In this document: in pieces, positions 1 through 9,101 of the stretch
Layout of the letters: each line of letters opens with the position of its first letter
How positions within the stretch are numbered: position 1 is the first letter of the stretch
DNA from: a virus
Lineage: Duplodnaviria; Caudoviricetes
Virus record (IMG/VR): IMGVR_UViG_3300010163_000002
Location: 128,001-192,000 of that record
Direction: 5' to 3' (one strand)
DNA: 64,000 nt
The notes under the pieces: model-generated
Seen by the model: only the letters and a program-made list of their open reading frames with translations
What the model was told of the DNA's origin: nothing
Databases searched by the model: none
Position numbers and translations under genes: made by a program

Positions 1-65
1 TTTGTTTCTGTTCCATAAGATACTTGCGATTGTCCTACTAAAAATACTACTTCTTGCTCTGTCAT
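1..65 (-). CDS. 5' end of a hypothetical protein (runs off the window)
   Basis: ATG at 65 with a GGAGG RBS; reads MTEQEVVFLVGQSQVSYG... Confidence 0.6.
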   Translation of the reverse strand, partial: MTEQEVVFLVGQSQVSYGTET

Positions 66-123
66 AATATATTTCCTCCTATGTGTTTTATACGTATTTA
101 TAGTATACAATCAAAAAATAAAT

Positions 124-147
124 ACGGGTAGGATAACTCCTACCCGT
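124..147. terminator. intrinsic terminator hairpin
   Basis: ACGGGTAGGA-TAAC-TCCTACCCGT; T-tract follows on the minus strand. Confidence 0.75.
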
Positions 148-155
148 TAAATTTA

Positions 156-842
156 TCAGATTATGCTATCCTGAAGCCATTCTGCACGAGTAACCGCTGT
201 GAATATTGTTTCCTCTATTGGACCATGAATAAATATTTCAATAAATTGTGATGCTTCATTTGATGTAACTTTTAATTCCCCATCAAATGTTCCAAATGAA
301 GCTTTTATGGTCGCTTTGGTTTTATACATTTTTTCGCCCTTCGATAACTCTGATATTATATCTTCCTTCACACTTATGAGGCATATATCATCTTCATTAT
401 TTAGGGTAAGTATAATTTCTTTTGCATCTGCGTCGCGGTTTACAAATAACCCAAGAGTGGTTTTAAAGTCCAAAATATACAAGTCTAACTTATTTTGCAA
501 TTCAAAATTTTTCTTAGATTGTTTATTTTCAAATTCTTGTAATTCGATACTTTCAACTGCAAATTCAAGGGTGATTGTATCTCCGTTAGAATTTTCAAAT
601 ACTTTATTTATTTTGAGCATACGCCCATCACGATATGTAGAATATTTATCGATTTTTTTATATGCTACTGGCTTAAAATCTTCATCATTTTCGCATATTG
701 CCACAATCTCCGCATATTTTTTGTTTAGTTCTTTATTAGCTTTGTAAAGATCTTCGTATAGTCCTATAATATTATGAGATGTTGATGTTGCTTTATTTTC
801 AGTTTGCAATATATCGTATTTTGCTAAATATAATTCTTTCAT
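156..842 (-). CDS. hypothetical protein, divergent paralog family A
   Basis: 228-aa ORF with GGAGG RBS; C-terminal pattern resembles the two adjacent ORFs (855-1622, 1707-2453). Confidence 0.7.
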   Translation of the reverse strand: MKELYLAKYDILQTENKATSTSHNIIGLYEDLYKANKELNKKYAEIVAICENDEDFKPVAYKKIDKYSTYRDGRMLKINKVFENSNGDTITLEFAVESIELQEFENKQSKKNFELQNKLDLYILDFKTTLGLFVNRDADAKEIILTLNNEDDICLISVKEDIISELSKGEKMYKTKATIKASFGTFDGELKVTSNEASQFIEIFIHGPIEETIFTAVTRAEWLQDSII

Positions 843-854
843 AGTAAAACCTCC

Positions 855-1622
855 TTAAAATAAAGATTCAAAAATTGAATTAATGCTATAATCTCCATTG
901 ATTTTTAAAGGAGTTTCATTATAAGCCCATTCTTGTAATAGATGTAATGGAACTGCACAATACAATTTTATAGTAGAATTTGAATCTACTATTTCTATAG
1001 TTAATTTCGCTATTGTCTCTGCAATAAGAAAATCTAAATTAACATCGAATATTTTAGAATCTAAACTTATGCAGCCTTTAATGGAAAATGTTGAACCTTT
1101 AACGCTTGATTGTAATTTGGATACATATTCAGCCCTATCAAATTCAATAGCCTTAAAGTCGTTTTCGCTACTTCTTAATAATTTAAGTATTATTTTATCA
1201 TTAGTTTTACTATAGGCAGACTTAGTAGATAATATAAGTCTAGTTTTTAGCATATCAATAATCTCTTTACTCATTGATTCAGTTGGTGATCCACCAGATA
1301 ATTCGTATACTACTATATAATCACCAATAAACTTTTCCAATATCAATAAGTATGTTATTGTATCTTTACCATCAGCAGACTCTAATACGATTGTACGCAT
1401 CCCGTACAGATTACTAAAAGCAATGATGCGATCAATCGTTGTATCGCTTTTCAATATATAACCATTCTTTATATTCGCATTTACACTATCAGCCATAGGG
1501 TTATCATTGAAATATTTCATAGCATCGTTATAATTATGACCAAAAGTATACATAGAACGATTATTATCTTTATCGTCATTATTGTTTGTTCTGACAAGAC
1601 ACAAAAGCAAATAGTTTTCCAT
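855..1622 (-). CDS. hypothetical protein, divergent paralog family A
   Basis: 255-aa ORF with AGGAGG RBS. Confidence 0.7.
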   Translation of the reverse strand: MENYLLLCLVRTNNNDDKDNNRSMYTFGHNYNDAMKYFNDNPMADSVNANIKNGYILKSDTTIDRIIAFSNLYGMRTIVLESADGKDTITYLLILEKFIGDYIVVYELSGGSPTESMSKEIIDMLKTRLILSTKSAYSKTNDKIILKLLRSSENDFKAIEFDRAEYVSKLQSSVKGSTFSIKGCISLDSKIFDVNLDFLIAETIAKLTIEIVDSNSTIKLYCAVPLHLLQEWAYNETPLKINGDYSINSIFESLF

Positions 1623-1685
1623 ATTTTTTCCTCCTAAAAAATAAATATTTTAATACTTTGTACTCCAACGCATATAAATAAAAAA

Positions 1686-1710
1686 ATAAGTAGGGTCTTC
1701 CCCTACTTAT
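1686..1710. terminator. intrinsic terminator hairpin
   Basis: ATAAGTAGGG-TCTTC-CCCTACTTAT. Confidence 0.7.
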
Positions 1711-2453
1711 ATAATTATGCTTTCTATGAAATCACTCAGCCATTTCTCCTCAAATTCAAAGTTTAGTCTGGCAACAGGATCACATTTAAAAGGATAATCT
1801 TTAGCAATCTCTACCGCTGCGCTAATTTTTTCTTCTTTAATATATCTCATATCCCAAGTAGTTTTGAATCTTGAGTTTAAAGCATAAGCATATCCAAAAA
1901 TTGTATAATATGCCGTTGAATATGAGTGCGATATTATGTCTCTGAGTGAATCGATTGACAGTTCTACACAAATATCAAATGCGATATTACTTATTGTAAA
2001 TACCAATTTTTTATTATGCCTATCATAGCGTAATGATTCTGTAAGCGTATTGTTAGAATTGTTAATTAAATTAATAATATCATCATCTGAGAATTTGCAT
2101 GGTACTGTTGTTAATTTATTAATCTTTTCCACCACAGTAAATGATAAAAATATTGTTTCTTTAGTATTATTAACTTTAATAAATTTTATACATTTCTTAC
2201 ATATAACTCCCTTTTCCAATGATGGCAGATCCCTTTCTTTAACTTCAAATATTTTTGCGTATTTTCCATTAGCAGTTAATATATCTGTCTCGCTCTTAAC
2301 CAAACTATCAACAAGAAATATTGCTGTAAGAATATTGTTAGCTGTAAATTCTGCAATTTCCTCTTCTTTTGATGGTTTGTCGCTGTAAATTTTTCTACAT
2401 TTTACAATATACTTTTTAAAGTTAAAGTTAAGATCGGTAGGTGCATTTGCCAT
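1707..2453 (-). CDS. hypothetical protein, divergent paralog family A
   Basis: Start moved to ATG 2453 (MANAPTD), which has a GAGGAGG RBS; the longer ORF would read through a terminator. Confidence 0.7.
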   Translation of the reverse strand: MANAPTDLNFNFKKYIVKCRKIYSDKPSKEEEIAEFTANNILTAIFLVDSLVKSETDILTANGKYAKIFEVKERDLPSLEKGVICKKCIKFIKVNNTKETIFLSFTVVEKINKLTTVPCKFSDDDIINLINNSNNTLTESLRYDRHNKKLVFTISNIAFDICVELSIDSLRDIISHSYSTAYYTIFGYAYALNSRFKTTWDMRYIKEEKISAAVEIAKDYPFKCDPVARLNFEFEEKWLSDFIESIII

Positions 2454-2533
2454 TTTAGTTTCCTCCTCATGTATAAATATTAACTTGTTTCTATGAATAT
2501 AATATACTATTAAAAAATAATTTTTATCAAATG

Positions 2534-2566
2534 TAAATAGAGGTGGGAAATCCCCACCTCTATTTA
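2534..2566. terminator. intrinsic terminator hairpin
   Basis: TAAATAGAGGTGGG-AAATC-CCCACCTCTATTTA. Confidence 0.75.
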
Positions 2567-2572
2567 TTTTTT

Positions 2573-2878
2573 TTATGCTCGCATTACATGGACTCTTAAA
2601 TATTTCCATGGTGATTTTTTAACCTCTTTATGATCAGGGACGATACAGTTAAATTTTTTATATATTAAATTTTTGTATTTCTTACGTACACGCCTCTTCT
2701 TAGAGTACACAGCTAATTGTAGCCACCTATATGGTATTGGATATATATCCATGTTTCTTTTAATCGTTTGTGATCGTAGCCAACGTAATGTTTCATACGA
2801 CGGCATTAAATCATTATACAGCAGCATATTTCTAATAGTATAATCTTCACAACGTAAACCGTAACCTAGTGTTAACAT
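2573..2878 (-). CDS. small basic hypothetical protein
   Basis: ATG 2878 (MLTLGYG) with GGAGG RBS. Confidence 0.6.
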   Translation of the reverse strand: MLTLGYGLRCEDYTIRNMLLYNDLMPSYETLRWLRSQTIKRNMDIYPIPYRWLQLAVYSKKRRVRKKYKNLIYKKFNCIVPDHKEVKKSPWKYLRVHVMRA

Positions 2879-2928
2879 TTTATGCCTCCATTTTGTTTCC
2901 AATATATGGAAAATTTGAAAAAATAGAT

Positions 2929-2952
2929 TAACATTCTTGCCAGAAAGTTAAC
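2929..2952. repeat. 24-bp quasi-palindromic dispersed repeat, copy 1
   Basis: TAACATTCTTGCCAGAAAGTTAAC, identical to 55692-55715. Confidence 0.85.
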
Positions 2953-2985
2953 TAAGTTAATATTAAAATAAGCGTAGGGTATAGC

Positions 2986-3423
2986 CTACGCTTTAGTTTC
3001 ATCATCATAATCCCATTCTATTTCTTCCTTTTTGAAATATAAATTTGTTGTAATATTTATAGCCCTATGGCCTCCATTAGCTACATTTATAAATGCATCT
3101 ACGTAAAATCTTCCAGCCGGCATAATCGCAAACTCATGCATATCAGATGTAATATTATTAGGCGATGTGCCATAGTCAAAATTAATAAGCTGTAGTATTA
3201 TAATGCCTTTTGTATTAAGCCAGCATATAGTATTTTTTGACAAGTCTGGATTTTCAACATGCTTAATAGCAAATTTTAAATTGTACCTCCCGTATTCTGA
3301 TTCAATGTGTACTTTATATTTTGCATTATTATATTCGTGCAGGCAAAATTGAATGGTGTCTAATTTTAAATATTCGTTTTCTATTAACACACTATTTATA
3401 ACTGGATGAAAAAATATCGACAT
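2986..3423 (-). CDS. hypothetical beta-rich protein, DUF6864-like (paralog of 3478-3888)
   Basis: Size and strand pattern (I..INF...P..., ...I..N.Y) recall DUF6864; recognised by eye only. Confidence 0.45.
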   Translation of the reverse strand: MSIFFHPVINSVLIENEYLKLDTIQFCLHEYNNAKYKVHIESEYGRYNLKFAIKHVENPDLSKNTICWLNTKGIIILQLINFDYGTSPNNITSDMHEFAIMPAGRFYVDAFINVANGGHRAINITTNLYFKKEEIEWDYDDETKA

Positions 3424-3477
3424 ATATGGCCTCCTTAAAAAATAGAGCCCTTCAGGAGTAATCCTGAAGGGTTGTTA

Positions 3478-3888
3478 TTATGCTCTGTATGTGTATACGT
3501 TTGCTGTGATAATTCTGGTGTTTGCGTCGTCGTTAAGCATTTCGAATATAAGATCGAAATAGATATCAGTATCACAGATGTTAGTAAGCTTCGATCTTTT
3601 TGTTGAAAAGATCTGAATACTTCCAGGAGTGCTTAATGTATTGATTACATTAATAAAGATCAGTCCTGTTTTAACATCTATATGCTGTTCCGTTCTAAAT
3701 CGATCATCATTTTGATCTGATTTGAAATCAACAACAATTCCAAACTGCGTCGCTTCCTTTTCATCATCGTAGATTTCATGGTCGAATCTTACGGGATCGT
3801 TATTGCGCGATACTGCATTTTGTGATGAAATCAACTCATAATGATCCCCGATAGATATAAATGCTTTTGCTCCAATAATTTTTGCCAT
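3478..3888 (-). CDS. hypothetical beta-rich protein, DUF6864-like
   Basis: YELISSQNAV...P.RF, INVINT...PG, IYFDL, RIITANVY; AGGAGG RBS. Confidence 0.5.
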   Translation of the reverse strand: MAKIIGAKAFISIGDHYELISSQNAVSRNNDPVRFDHEIYDDEKEATQFGIVVDFKSDQNDDRFRTEQHIDVKTGLIFINVINTLSTPGSIQIFSTKRSKLTNICDTDIYFDLIFEMLNDDANTRIITANVYTYRA

Positions 3889-3994
3889 GGTATGTTCCTC
3901 CTTAATATGGTTTTACTCTAAAGTTAGCCAGCTATTATTTAATAATGAAATAAAAAATAGAGTGGGATTTCTCCCACTCTAGCATGATTAGATT

Positions 3995-5554
3995 TTATTC
4001 AAATCTATCAATAATGTATTTCATTCTGGTTGTTGCCGTTTCTACTATCAACGCAAAATCCCATGTAGATCCATTACCATACATTAATCCTGCAGCAGCC
4101 TGAGCATCTGCTGGAATATCAGTAATTGGCGTAGATGATGAGTACGACTCAATTACTTTACGTACAGGATATAATTCACTTCTAAGTGACTGCGGGAACA
4201 ACGCTGAGCCACCACTCATAATTTTGTCTCTGCAATCTTTAATAATAAATAATACATAATCGGTATCTTCAGCTAGCATATCGCTTGAACGAGGTACAAT
4301 TGCGATAACTTCGCTTGATGGATTTACGTTAAACTGAGGGCATGTTGCACCGCCATTATAGACATACTGGCATAATGGGTTTCTTGCTTCTTTGGAATCC
4401 CATTTTATTAATGGTTCGGCGTCAGGATCGCATGCTGTTGTTAATGAACAGAAAGGATATCTTCCGTATCCATGCAAAGCAACATTGATTTTCAATGCGT
4501 TTGGCAAAACTGTTTTCATAAACTTTTTAAGCGTAACACGCAGAGGTTTATCAGTAACGTCAACAATGTTATTATTAACTTTATTTTTAGCATCGTCTTT
4601 TGTCCTAACATTAGAAAATACACCGCCATGTTTTTCTGTATCTTTTTCTTCCGGCTTCTTCCAGAAGAATTTGATAACATCGTCAATGGTAGCAATTCTA
4701 CGCTTAAGAGCAGATTCAAGATTAAGATCGGCAATAATCTTTTCAGCTTCTGTTACTAATGTTGATGAAGGAGCCGACTTTGGTCTCATATAATTCATTG
4801 GATCTACTTTTTCGTTGAACCTTTCAATTACAGTGTCATCGTCAATATTATTGATAATATCATCCATTAAAGATCCTTCAACAGATCCGGCAAGGTGATA
4901 TAGAAGGTTATATTTTTCAAAAGCGTATTTCCACAGTTTATTGGTGCGACACTGGCCTTTGGAGTTGTTTACATCATCCATTACTTCTTTAACAGCTTTA
5001 AGAGTGCTTAAAGTATTTTTGTCATGCAGTAATTCTGTTGATGCAATTGCAATTGCACGGTCGATTGCATTTATATATCTATTCAGTGCAAGTCTAACTG
5101 TGCTAAAAATGTGCATACATTCCTCGCTTGTTATTCCGTAGTCAGGAATCAATACATTTCTGCTTATATTAGCATGGAAATGGCTCCATTCTTCAGTTTC
5201 AGCGGTGCCATATTCAATATGGTCTTCGTGCCCAGTTACGTACGTATTGGCATTGCTACATAATACTTGCGTCATTCTGGATGATTCCACTTCTTCATTT
5301 AATGCTCTTACGATGTCTTTAAATACACCGCAAGCAAGATCTTCATTCCATATAATAGATCTTGTAGATCCAGTATCATCTACGTATACAAGAGTTCCAT
5401 ATCTATGGAAGAATCCGCGGCACGTATTACAATTGAAATGCTGTCTGATTTCTCCTTCCGGGATCATAGATAAGTACAAATCAAACAGCGGAGTTCTTAC
5501 ATCTGTTTTAAAGAGTGCAACTCCAGATACTTTGACGTTAACTCTAAGCTCCAT
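3995..5554 (-). CDS. phage hypothetical protein with HxxCxxC motif; N-terminus probably lies in another frame starting at 5643
   Basis: RQHFNCNTCRGFFHRYG motif; no RBS at 5554, while an RBS-bearing ATG at 5643 is out of frame. Confidence 0.7.
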   Translation of the reverse strand: MELRVNVKVSGVALFKTDVRTPLFDLYLSMIPEGEIRQHFNCNTCRGFFHRYGTLVYVDDTGSTRSIIWNEDLACGVFKDIVRALNEEVESSRMTQVLCSNANTYVTGHEDHIEYGTAETEEWSHFHANISRNVLIPDYGITSEECMHIFSTVRLALNRYINAIDRAIAIASTELLHDKNTLSTLKAVKEVMDDVNNSKGQCRTNKLWKYAFEKYNLLYHLAGSVEGSLMDDIINNIDDDTVIERFNEKVDPMNYMRPKSAPSSTLVTEAEKIIADLNLESALKRRIATIDDVIKFFWKKPEEKDTEKHGGVFSNVRTKDDAKNKVNNNIVDVTDKPLRVTLKKFMKTVLPNALKINVALHGYGRYPFCSLTTACDPDAEPLIKWDSKEARNPLCQYVYNGGATCPQFNVNPSSEVIAIVPRSSDMLAEDTDYVLFIIKDCRDKIMSGGSALFPQSLRSELYPVRKVIESYSSSTPITDIPADAQAAAGLMYGNGSTWDFALIVETATTRMKYIIDRFE

Positions 5555-5753
5555 GCGGCAAGATTTTTCATTGTTTTATCATAATCTGCCTTATAAGTAT
5601 TAAGTTCCTCATTTACGTTTGTTTCCATACAAATTTTGCACATACTTTTTATCTCCTTTTCTTCTTTTTACTATTTTTCTTGTTAAAATTCATTTGTCCT
5701 TCTATTTTACGGCACATATTATTCCTCCCTTCATTCAGCATATCTATATATGG

Positions 5754-6131
5754 TTAAACCCTACCATGCCAATAAGAGCTCAGCGCCTTTTTGATTTTAT
5801 CCTCCATATCATCATTTGAAAATTCTCCAAGCGGAGCGACAGAAATGCGCTGTACTATATCTGAGCCATAATATACACCTTGCATAGTATCTATTCGACA
5901 TATTTTATAAGGTTTAGATAGGATCTCTTTATCATATTTTTCTTCTACCTCTGGATTTGGTAAAGAGATTGCAAACCTCATTTTACCGCACTCTGTAGTA
6001 ACAAGTGTAAATTTATCACCATTAATTATATTTTGGTATTTTCCTGTATTAGGATTTATACGTTCATATAAGAATCTAAGTAAATCTTTTTCATTGATTT
6101 CCCCAAGATATTTAGGTTTTGTTCTACTCAT
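5754..6131 (-). CDS. hypothetical protein with a subdomain homologous to the DGR target
   Basis: ATG 6131 with AAGGAG RBS; motif YLGEINEKDLLRFL...TGKYQNIINGDKFTLV. Confidence 0.65.
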   Translation of the reverse strand: MSRTKPKYLGEINEKDLLRFLYERINPNTGKYQNIINGDKFTLVTTECGKMRFAISLPNPEVEEKYDKEILSKPYKICRIDTMQGVYYGSDIVQRISVAPLGEFSNDDMEDKIKKALSSYWHGRV

Positions 6132-6141
6132 ATATTCTCCT

Positions 6142-6690
6142 TTAGTTGTAAATAGGATTTTTCTCACGTATCACCTTATCAAATTTGGTATCTTTATCAG
6201 ATTTACCTTTAAGTATCCATTGAGTATACATGTCTCCAATTGTTTCACATCTTACGTGATAACCTATATCAGGATTAAATCCCATAGATAATACTCTAAC
6301 TTTCACTTTATCGTCGTTATTTACAAGTGTAAATACATCTCCGATTTTTATATTTTCAAATTTTCCAGTGTCAATTTTATGATCTTTTATAAATTGAGAA
6401 ATATTTTCTGGAGTTATTTCTCCAAAGTCTTTTACTTCAAATGATAAATTATTAAGATTCATACTTCCTCCTTTTAAAAATATTGGAGATAAGCCAACCA
6501 TAGAGTAGCAAGCTGGCCTTACAGTAATACGTTCTGCTGATTTATCCCATGATAAATATGGCATATAATGTGGAGCCCATGTATCCTCTGAAAGCCGCTT
6601 ATCAAATTTTTCTATTTTGCTTTTTAATGATACGCATTGCTTAAACTTATGATTCCATCCCTTTATCTTACGGTTTTTCTTTTTTCTCAT
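6142..6690 (-). CDS. hypothetical protein with internal RBS and ATG at 6462; C-terminal part homologous to a DGR target subdomain
   Basis: KDFGEITPENISQFIKDHKIDTGKFENIKIGDVFTLV; AGGAGG precedes both ATG 6690 and ATG 6462. Confidence 0.65.
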   Translation of the reverse strand: MRKKKNRKIKGWNHKFKQCVSLKSKIEKFDKRLSEDTWAPHYMPYLSWDKSAERITVRPACYSMVGLSPIFLKGGSMNLNNLSFEVKDFGEITPENISQFIKDHKIDTGKFENIKIGDVFTLVNNDDKVKVRVLSMGFNPDIGYHVRCETIGDMYTQWILKGKSDKDTKFDKVIREKNPIYN

Positions 6691-6828
6691 TATTTGCCTC
6701 CTTTGTTTAATATTTTAAAAAGTCCACATAAAGGTATTACTTTATGTCTGGCTATAAATATATTATACATTTCAAATATACTTTTTTACCTGTATAGGTT
6801 CTAATAAAACGTAACAATGTTAGACTCA

Positions 6829-6840
6829 AACATAATGATA
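6829..6840 (+). promoter_or_regulatory. late-type promoter motif AACA-N6-TA
   Basis: AACATAATGATA upstream of the RBS of 6869; one of about 20 copies. Confidence 0.7.
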
Positions 6841-6868
6841 ATAAAATGTTAAAGGAGGTAGCATTGTT

Positions 6869-8095
6869 ATGGCGATTAATAAGGCCACTTTAGCCAAAGA
6901 GATCGATGGCGTTATAGAGTATATATACCCTAAAACTACTGCTGATCTTGTAGAGTATGATGCGTCTTATACTGTTGAAGAAAAAATTAAACAGTTAGAG
7001 AAAAACATCACTGGCGTCAATGACAGGGTTAGTAATCTGACCACTGGAATTGGAGACGGTAGTATTACATCTGTACTCGATGCTGAGCTTTTGGATATTA
7101 GAATTCCTAATGCCGGTGTAGTCGGAACAGAAGTTAAATATGCATCTGCTGGCGATGCTGTCAGAGGTCAAGTTGGTAAACTTTCTGATGAGATAGGCCA
7201 GAATAGAAGTAATCTTTCTAACGTGAAAGGCAAAGTTGATACTCTTGAGAAAATTGTTTCCTCAATTCAGGGAACCGCTGGAAATTCTAATGCAGAAGTA
7301 GTTGGATTGAGGGTTCCAAATTCTAAAATCAGTGAATTAACATACCAGAATGCCGGAGAGGCTGTAAGAGCACAGTTAGGAATTTTATTTGATAAAATCA
7401 TAGCTACCGATGCAAAAATAAGCACAATGCAAAATGCTTTCCAAGGAGGAGAAGTAAGTTCTGCTGAAGGATTGGAATTGGTAGATATTCGTACTCCTAG
7501 CTATAATGTGGTTCCAGAGGGAACTACGTATAAGACAGCCGGCGAAGCAGTAAGAGCACAGATGGATGCTCTTAATGAAAAAATTGAAGAGGTAAAAGAT
7601 GGGACGTATTATGAACTCCTGTATGTAAATGGAGAGCCTCTCTATACATCAGACGGTGAACCTATACTTGTATCCATCTCTTATAATGAAGTCGGAACAT
7701 CTGATATTTCTGCACTTGAGAAACGTATGAGGCAGGAGCTCAAGGATACGTTGGCTGCCCATACAAGAATTATGCAGCAGACTCTTAATGTAATTAATGA
7801 AGGAATGGAAACAATGCAAAGAAATATCGATATGATATATACCGGAAAATACTGTGAACCGATTATGATCGATGGCGACGAGTGGTATACTTCTGATAAG
7901 CAGCAAATTGTTACTTATACATCAGTTGGAGATTTAGCTCAGGAAGCTATTGACAGAACAGCTCAGTTATTAAGAGGAGAAATCTATCAAGCTAAAGTAT
8001 CTTGTGCAAGAGCTTTAAAAGATTGGGTTATGGATCAGAACATGTTGTTTCTTGTTAATACAGAACCTATAATCGAAGAAGTTACAGCATCTTGA
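6869..8095 (+). CDS. tail-fibre-associated structural protein with three ELxDIR...YxxAGxAVRxQ repeats
   Basis: N-terminal YPKTTAD motif; three internal repeats; late promoter; directly upstream of the DGR target. Confidence 0.6.
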   Translation: MAINKATLAKEIDGVIEYIYPKTTADLVEYDASYTVEEKIKQLEKNITGVNDRVSNLTTGIGDGSITSVLDAELLDIRIPNAGVVGTEVKYASAGDAVRGQVGKLSDEIGQNRSNLSNVKGKVDTLEKIVSSIQGTAGNSNAEVVGLRVPNSKISELTYQNAGEAVRAQLGILFDKIIATDAKISTMQNAFQGGEVSSAEGLELVDIRTPSYNVVPEGTTYKTAGEAVRAQMDALNEKIEEVKDGTYYELLYVNGEPLYTSDGEPILVSISYNEVGTSDISALEKRMRQELKDTLAAHTRIMQQTLNVINEGMETMQRNIDMIYTGKYCEPIMIDGDEWYTSDKQQIVTYTSVGDLAQEAIDRTAQLLRGEIYQAKVSCARALKDWVMDQNMLFLVNTEPIIEEVTAS

Positions 8096-8162
8096 TATAT
8101 GTTATGGATTAAAACCAGAAATGGTTTTAATATATAAATTTTTAATAGGAGGTAAACCTACA

Positions 8163-9041
8163 ATGGGCAAAACAATTGCTAATTTAATTCAGGTAAATGA
8201 ATTGACAGCTAATGATGTATTTGTAGTAGGTACGGCCGCCGGCGATCGTAAGGTTCCTTACAATGTGCTGGTGCAGAATACTTCACACAATGCAATCTTT
8301 AGAGGCAAAAATCTTGGAACTGTAACAGCAGCCAACATTGACGCTTTCATTACTCAGCATGGTATTGCTACCGGAGTGTTTAATGATATCTATGTTGGTG
8401 ATTACTTCACTGCATCATATGCCGGAGCAAATACGGTATTCCGTATTGCTGGTATCAACTTCTATAAGAATACTGGTGATACGCAGTTGACTGCTAATCA
8501 TGTAGTTATCGTTCCAGATGGTAACCTTACAACTGCTGCGATGAATTCCACTAATACTACTGGAAAGAGTGCTAATGAAGCTAATACTTCTGAGAAGAGC
8601 GGATTCCTTGGTAGTGATATGTGGAATATTGTACTTCCGGATGTTAATGAGAAGCTTGCTGCTATCTTTGGCGGCCATCTGCTTACTCACAGAGAAATCC
8701 TTTCTAATAGCATGGATGAGAATGCTATTCCGTCTGGAAATCCATCTTGGAAGGGTGCTAGTAACGGATGGGAATGGGTAGATTGTAAGGCAGTTCTTAT
8801 GTCTGAAGTTGAAGTATATGGAGCTCCTGTATGCGGATCTTCGCTGTATGATGTAGGAATTGCAAACTGCATTCTTCCGCTGTTCGTGCTTGAAAAGCGT
8901 TATCTTACAAACAGAAGCTGGTTTTGGCTCAGAGGCGTAGCAAGTTCCGCGAATTTCTGCTATTGCACCAGCTATGGCGTTTCGGTCTGCAATAACGCGT
9001 CTAATGTCCTCGGCGTGCGGCCCCGCTTCCTTTTAGGTTGA
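8163..9041 (+). CDS. DGR target protein, putative receptor-binding tip with C-terminal CLec-like (DUF6273-type) variable domain
   Basis: Start at ATG 8163 (AGGAGG RBS); LMSEVEVYG...WFWLR...GVRPRF motifs; contains the VR. Confidence 0.9.
   Translation: MGKTIANLIQVNELTANDVFVVGTAAGDRKVPYNVLVQNTSHNAIFRGKNLGTVTAANIDAFITQHGIATGVFNDIYVGDYFTASYAGANTVFRIAGINFYKNTGDTQLTANHVVIVPDGNLTTAAMNSTNTTGKSANEANTSEKSGFLGSDMWNIVLPDVNEKLAAIFGGHLLTHREILSNSMDENAIPSGNPSWKGASNGWEWVDCKAVLMSEVEVYGAPVCGSSLYDVGIANCILPLFVLEKRYLTNRSWFWLRGVASSANFCYCTSYGVSVCNNASNVLGVRPRFLLG
8943..9031 (+). repeat. DGR variable repeat (VR)
   Basis: 89-nt ungapped match to 9984-10072; 15 mismatches, all at TR adenines. Confidence 0.97.
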
Positions 9042-9101
9042 TCCATAGCCCTAAAGCCGCCCGCTGTGTCGGTGCGGCATGGGCTATGAAAGATCAACCT
9101 A
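9034..9101 (+). promoter_or_regulatory. post-VR compound hairpin/cruciform (DGR target-recognition element)
   Basis: Nested inverted repeats TAGGTTGATC/GATCAACCTA, CATAGCCC/GGGCTATG, GCCGC/GCGGC, CCG/CGG. Confidence 0.75.

Noticed and set aside
8931-8942. Extension of the VR/TR match upstream (GGCGTAGC versus GGCATAGC)
   Set aside because: It needs a 4-nt gap, and the TR-side bases are better explained as the avd end and RNA pairing arm.
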